This document shows positions 57,558-64,000 of a stretch of DNA of 64,000 nt, one piece after another. Source of the DNA: Ostreococcus lucimarinus (Eukaryota); the NCBI GenBank assembly GCA_000092065.1, contig CP000589.1; one strand, written 5' to 3'. Made by a program: the position numbers and the translations under genes. The notes beneath the pieces are model-generated. The model worked only from the letters and a program-made list of their open reading frames with translations. It was not told where the DNA came from and did no database searches. Position 1 is the stretch's first letter; each line of letters begins with the position of its first letter.

Positions 57558-58375
57558 ATGCCGTCTCGAGGAATGTCCGCCGAGGTGCGACTCGCGCGGA
57601 TGGGCCATCGCCGCGCGCGCGCGATCGAGCGTCGAGAACGCGACCGCGACCGCGACCGCGACGCGCGGTGCTCAGATTTGAATTGAAATCGATTGAAATC
57701 CATTCAATCCAACGCGACGGGCGAGCGAACGAGGCGACGACTGACGGATGTCGACGACGCGCGTCGATGTGGCACGCGTAGGACAAACGTATCACCGTGC
57801 TCGCGATGCTTCACGAGTCTCGCGAGCCGTGGTTGCTTAAAGACGTAGAAAAGGCGGCGTCCAAGCGCGGCGTCGTGATACAAGCGGTGAAAGACGTCGT
57901 GCAATCGCTCGTGGACGACGACTTGGTGCACGTGGATAAAATTGGGACGATGAATTGGTACTGGGCGTTTCCGGGCGAGGCGACGAACAAGGCGCGCGCT
58001 GCCCTGGAAGCAGCCGAATCGACAAAGGCGCAAATGGACGCCGAAATCGCGGCGTTGGCGAAGGGAGTGGCGGAGGAAAAGAAGAAGAATCCAGTCACTG
58101 CGGAACACGAAGAAATGAGCGCGGGCTTGAGCCAGGCGAGAGAATTGAACCAGAAGCTGCACGTCGAGCTCGAAACGTTTTCGAGCTCGAACCCAGAAAC
58201 CGTCGATGCGATGCGCCAAGGCGCGAAGATTTCAAAGCAAGCGGCGAACGTGTGGACTGACAATGTCTTCATGATGAAATCGTGGGCGGAGAACAAGATG
58301 GGAGATAAGGAACAAGTGGCGCAGTTCTTTAAGACGGAGGGGATTAATTTGAATACGTTCGACTACATTGAGTGA
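57558..58375 (+). CDS. MND1: MND1 (meiotic nuclear division protein 1; Hop2-Mnd1 complex), two exons: 57558..57584 and 57782..58375
   Basis: Exon 2 matches MND1 (VKDVVQSLVDDDLVHVDKIGTMNWYWAFP) but lacks the N-terminus; the track ORF begins at GTG. A 9-codon exon 1 (MPSRGMSAE|GTGCGAC) with branch ACTGACGG at 57739..57746 and acceptor GTAG|GAC at 57781/57782 gives MPSRGMSAE-DKRITVLAMLHESREPWLLKDVEK. This aligns with human MND1 ([34 protein letters not shown]). Confidence 0.7.
57585..57781 (+). other. MND1 intron (197 nt; GTGCGA donor, ACTGACGG branch, TAG acceptor)
   Basis: Inferred from restoring the conserved MND1 N-terminus. Confidence 0.6.
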
Positions 58376-58511
58376 ACGCGCTGAACCCACGACGATGACG
58401 CCGACGACGAAACGACTGATTGATTTTTTGTACAACCTGTAACTTACTTCATCGAAAATCACAATATCCTTCACAACAACTATCTACGCTCTATAATTCG
58501 ACACATTCCAA

Positions 58512-59669
58512 TCACGCAGCGCCCTCGAGGACGAGAACGTCGTCTTGTTCGATCCGCGCCGGAGCCGCTGGTGGTTTTCGATTAAACACCGCCGACGCCG
58601 CGGCTTCGGCGCTTCCGCTCTTTCTGAAGACGAAAGTTGTGTACAAGTACGCCGCCTCCCACTCTTCATCCGTCATGCTCATCGAATCATCACCCATGAT
58701 TTGTGACCAAAGTGCCGACGCTCGCTCGCGAGTCTCCACCCCGCTCAATTGCGAATGAACGTAATCGTGAAAATTTCGCCACTCCACTAGCTCGAGGCCG
58801 TATTCAGCCGCCAACGAAACCCACACGTCTTTCGGCACCATGCACTCGCGACACTTCGTGACGGCGTCGGCGAGTGTAAACGTGTACTCGATGCCGAATC
58901 CATCGGTCTGGTTCGTAGGAAACACTTTGCTCTTGAACGCGTCGTCGAACTCAACTTCGTACACGGGATTCCAAAAAGCCAAACCATCCGCTTCTCGAAG
59001 TTTTCTCACCAGGACGTTGGAGTCCACCGTGGTGCCTATGAAATATCCTCCCGGCCGTAACATCGTGCACACGTTTCTCAGCGCGCGACGCGCGCGCTCT
59101 TCGGTCGACAACGAGTAGTGTATGGCAAACTGGCACGAAATCACATCCAGCGTCCGCACGTACTCCGGCAACACAGACGCCAAATCGACGACAAAGGCGT
59201 CGCCGGCGACGAATTTTGCCGGGAACTCTCGCGCGTGCTCGGCGTTGTACCGCTTCACGGCGTCCCGTCGCACGCTTTCTAACGCTATATCCACCCCCAA
59301 ATACGAGGCTATCTTCGCCCTGGCGTACTTTTTCAAATCGCCACCCTTCCCGCACGCCAAATCCATCACGCGGTCGTTTTCGCGAATCTTCGACTGCAAC
59401 AAGTTGGACTTGACCCAGTTGTTCAAGCAACGCAAGCGATAAATCGGTGATTGCTTACGCTCTTGGTGCGTTTGATTCGCGCGTCCGCTGTAATGCTGCG
59501 CCACCAATCGCGCGGCGTCGTCCTTCGTCGCGGTCGACGACGCCACCGCGCCGGTGTCCTCGTCCGCCGCACCGCCGTCGCGCGTCGACGGCGCGTCGGC
59601 GCGTTCGACATCGCCGGCGTCGCCGGCGTCCTCACCGCTTCGTCGTCGCTTACCCGCGACGACCATGTC
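58512..59669 (-). CDS. RNMT: mRNA cap guanine-N7 methyltransferase (RNMT/ABD1)
   Basis: SAM-dependent methyltransferase motif I (VMDLACGKGGDLKKY) and the collinear RNMT core (FVAGDAF...ISCQFAIHYSL...LRPGGYFIGTTVDSNVLVRKL...WNPVYEVEF). Start at MVVAGKRRRSGED. Confidence 0.8.
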   Translation of the reverse strand, partial: DMVVAGKRRRSGEDAGDAGDVERADAPSTRDGGAADEDTGAVASSTATKDDAARLVAQHYSGRANQTHQERKQSPIYRLRCLNNWVKSNLLQSKIRENDRVMDLACGKGGDLKKYARAKIASYLGVDIALESVRRDAVKRYNAEHAREFPAKFVAGDAFVVDLASVLPEYVRTLDVISCQFAIHYSLSTEERARRALRNVCTMLRPGGYFIGTTVDSNVLVRKLREADGLAFWNPVYEVEFDDAFKSKVFPTNQTDGFGIEYTFTLADAVTKCRECMVPKDVWVSLAAEYGLELVEWRNFHDYVHSQLSGVETRERASALWSQIMGDDSMSMTDEEWEAAYLYTTFVFRKSGSAEAAASAVFNRKPPAAPARIEQDDVLVLEGAA

Positions 59670-59855
59670 GCGTCGTCGGCGCGCTGGTGAGTGATGAGTG
59701 AACAACGTCGCCCCGGTGACGAGATGATGACGCGACGGACGGACGGATTGGATTGCGCGTCGATCGACACGATCGGCCAATCGTCGGCGGACGTCACTTT
59801 CGTGCACGCACGAAACGCTCGACCGAGTGAATCACGCACTCGCTCAACTCTTCGC

Positions 59856-60296
59856 ATGTCTCGCGTCTCGACGCTCAACCTCACGTCCAAGCTCGTCAAC
59901 TGCGCGGCGTTGAAACGAACTTCTCGACACGCGCCGACCGCCGCGCGATCGATCAAGACGATGGCGTCCATTGAAATCACGAAAGGCGTCACTTTCGACA
60001 CCGTCGCTCGCGAATGGCGATGCAAATGGAGCGAAGATGCCGATAAGGCCTCGCTCGCGGCGGCGCAAAAGGTGCTCGACAAGCACTTGCCGGCGATGAA
60101 GGCGAAAGGCAAGGTCCAACGCACCGTGTGCGGCGGTTGCCTCGACTTCAAGGCGAACACGTCCATGAGCGCTGACGCGTTCGGCGCTTGGGAAGCCGAA
60201 GGATTCGCGCCGGAAAAGCAATTCTTGGAAGAGCTCGCGGCGATCCCTGGAATCTCGAGCATCGAAACGCAAACGTTCACTTTGATGTCCATGTAA
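59856..60296 (+). CDS. Hypothetical small protein, probably plastid-targeted; no recognised family
   Basis: The non-repetitive C-terminal ~110 aa (MASIEITKGVTFDTVAREWRCKWSEDADKASLAAAQKVLDKHLPAMKAKGKVQRTVCGGCLDFKANTSMSADAFGAWEAEGFAPEKQFLEELAAIPGISSIETQTF) follow an S/T/R-rich presequence. The ORF begins at 59691; the internal Met at 59856 is preferred. Confidence 0.35.
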   Translation: MSRVSTLNLTSKLVNCAALKRTSRHAPTAARSIKTMASIEITKGVTFDTVAREWRCKWSEDADKASLAAAQKVLDKHLPAMKAKGKVQRTVCGGCLDFKANTSMSADAFGAWEAEGFAPEKQFLEELAAIPGISSIETQTFTLMSM

Positions 60297-60579
60297 GCGC
60301 GCGACTCGCCGACGAGACTCCTCGGCGTCGAAAAGCTCCTCGCGTCGTCGTTGTCGTCGTGTTCCACCGCGGCGACCGTCGCGCGATCGCGGCACTTTCG
60401 TAAAGCACCAATCCTACTTAAAACGACGCGCTCGTTGTAATCTTAAAGCGCAGCCGTCATCAGACCGGCGAACGCGCCACTCGACGAAAAACCACTCGAC
60501 GAGACTGATAATCTGGAGTCAAGCAGAATTCTTTATTATCCCGCACTTCGCGCCGCACCTCGGACGCGCGGCGCGCGTT

Positions 60580-62025
60580 ATGGACGAAGATGAAGCGATT
60601 GATACGCTCGCCGCCATCCTAAACCTCGAGCACGATCGCGCGCGGTGCAGGGAGTTGCTCGAACGAACTGGTTTCGATTTGCAGAGCGCCGTCGACCGAG
60701 GCTTAAGCGGCGACGACGCGGCTGCTGACGTTGGGTTACGACAGCGTCGACGACCTAATACTAGTCATGGTGGCACGAGCGCTAGACGCGATGCTCCCCG
60801 CGCGCGCCCAACGTCAGGGTCGGGGCGCGTTCGACGAAGCGGCGGGGGTTCCAATCCAGTCTCCTTCGTCGCCGCTCTCGGCTTCGGCATCGTCAAGGCT
60901 GCGGTGAAGCTTTCTGTGGGCATCGTTGACGCCGCATTGCGTGTGGTTCTTCCCTCAGGCGTGTACTCGCGATTCTCGCGACCGCTATTGCTTCTCGCAG
61001 CCAGCTTCGACTCGTCCAGCGCGCTGCCGAGAGGCGAAGGGGGCGCCGAGTCTCGCGCGCGCGAGTTTAGCGAGTGGTTCTCGGAAATGTTTCATGATGG
61101 CGATACATCGCGTGGCGTGCATTTCGTGCAGCTGTCACATCGCGAGGCTGTCGCCTTTGCGCAACGAGAGACGAAGCTCTTGTTTGTCTACCTGCACGCG
61201 CCGGCGCACCACGAATCGGAGCTTTTCTGCGCTCAGGTTCTCGCCGATCCCACAATGACGGCGTATGTGAACCAAAATTTCGTTGCATGGGGTGGAAACG
61301 TGCGTGACGGTGACGCGTTCTCCTTGTCCGCAGGGCTGAAACCGACGGGGTATCCGTGCGTGGCGATTTTAGACTCTGTGTCCGGCGGAAGCGGAAGCGC
61401 GAGTTTGGTGATGTCGTGCGAGGGGTTCATTGATGTTGATGTTTTGATTAGTGCGTGTGAAGAGGCGCTCGCTGGTCAGAACGCTAGCTTAGATGACGCG
61501 CGCGCACGACACGCCGAAGTCGACGCCAGTCGGCGATTAAGAGAGGAGCAAGACGCGGCGTTTGCCGAGTCTCTCGCTCGAGACGCGGCGCGCGCGAGAG
61601 AGTTGGACGCACAGCGTGAGGCGGAAGAGGCTGAACGTAGACGTGTGGAAGAGGAGCGGCGCGCGGTAGAAGAAGAGACAAAGAAAGCCGAAGAAGCCGA
61701 GCGTCAACGCGTCGAGGAGATTGAAGCGCGGCGAGCCTCCAAGGCATCGAAACTTCGTGATGAACCAGCCGACGGCGCCGACGGCGTGTCAAAGCTCGCC
61801 GTCCGACTCCCAGACGGTTCTCGCGCCGAGCGTCGATTTCATAGCACGGATACGATTGCCGACGTCTACGATTTTGTCGATACGTTGGAAGAGCTCGACG
61901 AGGTCTCGTATTCGTTGGTGACCAACTTTCCTCGACGAACGTTCGCGCGAAGCGAGCGCGTGTCTCTCGTCGACGCAGGAGTCCACCCGAATGGCGCGAT
62001 GTTCGTACAAACTGAGTCTTCGTGA
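60580..62025 (+). CDS. UBX-domain protein with UBA-like, UAS/thioredoxin-like and coiled-coil regions (FAF1/FAF2/PUX-like p97 adaptor)
   Basis: N-terminal UBA-like helix (IDTLAAILNLEHDRARCRELLERTGFDLQSAV); UAS (FVQLSHREAVAFAQRETKLLFVYLHAPAHHESELFCAQVLADP...GYPCVAILD); E/R-rich coiled coil; C-terminal UBX (LAVRLPDGSRAERRFHSTDTIADVYDFV...TNFPRRTF). Confidence 0.75.
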   Translation: MDEDEAIDTLAAILNLEHDRARCRELLERTGFDLQSAVDRGLSGDDAAADVGLRQRRRPNTSHGGTSARRDAPRARPTSGSGRVRRSGGGSNPVSFVAALGFGIVKAAVKLSVGIVDAALRVVLPSGVYSRFSRPLLLLAASFDSSSALPRGEGGAESRAREFSEWFSEMFHDGDTSRGVHFVQLSHREAVAFAQRETKLLFVYLHAPAHHESELFCAQVLADPTMTAYVNQNFVAWGGNVRDGDAFSLSAGLKPTGYPCVAILDSVSGGSGSASLVMSCEGFIDVDVLISACEEALAGQNASLDDARARHAEVDASRRLREEQDAAFAESLARDAARARELDAQREAEEAERRRVEEERRAVEEETKKAEEAERQRVEEIEARRASKASKLRDEPADGADGVSKLAVRLPDGSRAERRFHSTDTIADVYDFVDTLEELDEVSYSLVTNFPRRTFARSERVSLVDAGVHPNGAMFVQTESS

Positions 62026-62053
62026 CGACAATGTAAAAATGCTCCTCCCTACG

Positions 62054-63250
62054 CTAGCGATGTCGATGCGTGCCGCGATGTGCGTGTCCAAACGTCGCAC
62101 ACTCTAAAACGTCCGTGAGCGTGATGACATCGAAAGGTGCGTCGCTCGTCTTGCTCACTATGTAGACGCGTTGCTTGTTGAGTTTTGAAAACCATTCGTA
62201 GCGAAAGCACGAGTCAATCTCGACGGTAAACACGCCCGCGGGCGGGACACCGCTGAGCAAATCTGTTCGTCGAGGATCAATAGCGAGTGCTCGCTTTCGT
62301 TCGTGCTCGTATTGCTCGCGGCGAAACGCTCTCGACTTCTCAAAAAACGCGCTCTTAAAGCCGCCTTCGGCGTCATCGTCCGGTGCGCTGGCGGCATAGC
62401 CGCTGTAACTCGTGCCGTGCGTCAGCGCGATGAACTCGGCGACGGGCAAACCCAGCACGCTAAAATGTTCACGCGTCAACGTGCGCAAGTCGCCATTCGT
62501 GATGTCTGCAATGATTCGACCGTCTTTCGAGACCACGGCGGCGCCAGAGACTTGTTTTTCTCTCATTTTACGATAGCACTCGATCGTTGGAGTGCTCGCG
62601 TCGACGGTGACGAATTCGCGTTTGCGCGCGTCGCTCCCGAATCCGAGATCTCGCAATGTGTAAGTTTCCAAAGAGTGGGTTAGCTTGCGATCGTGCTCTG
62701 CCAGCCACTGCAGTACATCAGTTTGCGAAATCAGGCGGCGCAAGGCGCCATCGGCTTCGAACAGCACGACGCGGTGCACAATCGTGCTTCTGTCCGCGTC
62801 GCCACCGAAGAATCCCTTAACGATTAAATCGTACACCGATGTTGCGGCCGCGTTAGGCGTGTACATGAGATCGGCATCGTAACCAAGAACTTTGATAAGG
62901 TGTGTGTCGGCGACAACTCTTTCAACTTTTTCGATCTCCGTCATCGCGGACAACATCGTCGTCACGGGTTTGATGATGTCAAGCAGAGCTTTGACGGCGT
63001 CACGTACGTCGAAAACTCCGATGAGCGTTTCGAGAGGCTCGTTATCTTCGGGTAAGCGCGTATCGAGAGTGTCCGCGACGATCACCACGGGCGCGCTCAG
63101 GATGTTGTGGCGCGCGAGAACTTCAAGAGCCGTGGCGACGTCGTCGTCATGCCGCAGCGTCACCACGCGCCTCGGAAGTTGTTCGCGCTCGAGCTCGGCG
63201 ACTTTCGCGCTCTTCAGGAGTAAATCGCGAGCGTCGATGGTACGACTCAT
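62054..63250 (-). CDS. CBS-domain protein with four CBS motifs (SNF4/AMPK-gamma-like)
   Basis: Two Bateman pairs (DLLLKSAKV...RRVVTLRHDDDVATALEVLARHNILSAPVV; ...KDGRIIADITNGDL...; C-terminal RVYIVSKTSDAPFDVITLTDVLE). ATG 63250..63248 (MSRTIDARDLLL); the longer ORF reads through the 5'-leader repeats. Confidence 0.65.
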   Translation of the reverse strand: MSRTIDARDLLLKSAKVAELEREQLPRRVVTLRHDDDVATALEVLARHNILSAPVVIVADTLDTRLPEDNEPLETLIGVFDVRDAVKALLDIIKPVTTMLSAMTEIEKVERVVADTHLIKVLGYDADLMYTPNAAATSVYDLIVKGFFGGDADRSTIVHRVVLFEADGALRRLISQTDVLQWLAEHDRKLTHSLETYTLRDLGFGSDARKREFVTVDASTPTIECYRKMREKQVSGAAVVSKDGRIIADITNGDLRTLTREHFSVLGLPVAEFIALTHGTSYSGYAASAPDDDAEGGFKSAFFEKSRAFRREQYEHERKRALAIDPRRTDLLSGVPPAGVFTVEIDSCFRYEWFSKLNKQRVYIVSKTSDAPFDVITLTDVLECATFGHAHRGTHRHR

Positions 63251-63259
63251 GGCGTCGCG

Positions 63260-63344
63260 CGTCGCTGTGAGGTCGCGCGTCGCTGTGACGAGGATACGGG
63301 GACGCCAACGGGCGTCGCTGTGAGGTCGCGCGTCGCTGTGACGA
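63260..63344 (+). repeat. Direct repeat (2 x 32 nt CGTCGCTGTGAGGTCGCGCGTCGCTGTGACGA) immediately upstream of the CBS gene start
   Basis: Two near-identical copies (63260..63291 and 63313..63344) separated by a 21-nt spacer. Each copy itself contains an internal GTCGCTGTGA(G/C) duplication. Confidence 0.85.
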
Positions 63345-63876
63345 TGTCTCCGAGACGTCCCATGTTGGATTTCACATTCGCGAGCGAGCGCGCGTGAAGA
63401 TACACATGCGCGAACCACACGGGGATCGCGAATGAACGATCGCGGGCTAAAAATAGAAGAAACAGGAATGCGAAACGATTGACCGACGTCGCAGTCGTCG
63501 TCCCGCGTCGTCTCCCAGCGCGCGTCGCCCGCACTCGCCTCCCTGAACTAGGGTTAGAAACTAGGTGTAGAAACTAGGGTTAGCAGTTTCTCTGGAACAT
63601 GACGCTTTTGCCGCCCTGAAAGTTGCGCGAGTAAAGGGGTCACCGAAACCACTACACTGGCGGTCGACGACGCTGGAATTTTGCGTACACGCATGAAACA
63701 CGCATTTGCATCTGTGTACGCGCGCGTTTCGCGGAACTCTGGGTGCCGGCGGCGACCCGGACCTTTACGTCGTCGCGGGCGTAGGCCGCGGTTTGGGTTT
63801 TTTTGGAAATGTGTGATACTGGTTTTGGGTTGAGGACTACGTTAGTGAGGGCGGGGTAAACGAGGGTTTGGAGGAC

Positions 63877-64000
63877 TAGGGTTTAGGGTTTAGGGTTTAG
63901 GGTTTAGGGTTTAGGGTTTAGGGTTTAGGGTTTAGGGTTTAGGGTTTAGGGTTTAGGGTTTAGGGTTTAGGGTTTAGGGTTTAGGGTTTAGGGTTTAGGG
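63877..64000 (+). repeat. Telomere: (TTTAGGG)n, plant-type, G-rich strand running 5' to 3' toward the end
   Basis: About 17 perfect tandem TTTAGGG units reach the last base of the window. They are preceded by degenerate variants (AGAAACTAGGGTT at 63540..63580; GAGGACTAGGG at 63870). Confidence 0.95.

Noticed and set aside
1-64000. Prokaryotic interpretation (operons, defence islands, CRISPR, IS elements)
   Set aside because: Every recognisable product is eukaryotic (TAF1, MCM10, Pol lambda, epsin, SNARE, Gemin2, LHC, plastocyanin with transit peptide and spliceosomal introns). The window ends in a TTTAGGG telomere. There are no CRISPR-like direct repeats with spacers, no transposase or integrase ORFs, and no rRNA or tRNA-like structures.

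Overview
This window reads as nuclear DNA from a very GC-rich (roughly two-thirds G+C by eye) green picoalga, most plausibly a Mamiellophyceae prasinophyte of the Micromonas/Ostreococcus type. That call is inference from the plant-type TTTAGGG telomere, the plastocyanin and chlorophyll a/b-binding (LHC) genes, and the tightly packed, largely intron-free genes. It is the right-hand end of a chromosome: the last ~120 nt are perfect (TTTAGGG)n, and the last protein gene starts only ~630 bp before the repeats begin. I can support about 45 protein-coding genes on both strands, with intergenic gaps typically under 200 bp. Several convergent pairs have stop codons less than 35 nt apart, and several divergent pairs share promoters under 100 bp. 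Recognisable products include an AlkB-type dioxygenase, a Qc-SNARE, a RavA/MoxR-type AAA ATPase, a PsbP-domain protein, a PfkB kinase, an epsin (ENTH-domain) protein, an AGC/MAST-like kinase, a GNAT acetyltransferase, a CXC/LIN54-like protein, plastocyanin, an RNase II/R, MCM10, an Oxa1-TPR (OXA2-like) insertase, DNA polymerase lambda, an FKBP-PDZ isomerase, TAF1, HINT, Gemin2, a DDT-domain protein, LHC, WrbA, KTI12, MND1, the mRNA cap N7-methyltransferase, a UBX protein and a CBS-domain protein. The six-frame track contains many long GC-driven spurious ORFs. It lists only complete ORFs and allows GTG starts, so it omits a real gene that runs off the left edge and misses the 5' exons of spliced genes. 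I could place five spliceosomal introns by hand: two in plastocyanin and one each in LHC, MND1 and WrbA. Four have GTGCG donors and an ACTGAC branch point 25-40 nt before the AG; the plastocyanin intron 1 and LHC intron also share a 16-mer, which looks introner-element-like. I saw no rRNA or tRNA genes, CRISPR arrays or prokaryote-type mobile elements. The most interesting points are the intron family, a secreted protein with three tandem LTP-like 8-cysteine domains, a GTPase-like gene whose P-loop and DTPG motifs sit in different frames, an in-frame ORF starting 60 nt after the AlkB stop, a repeat-filled divergent promoter, and the minimal subtelomere.
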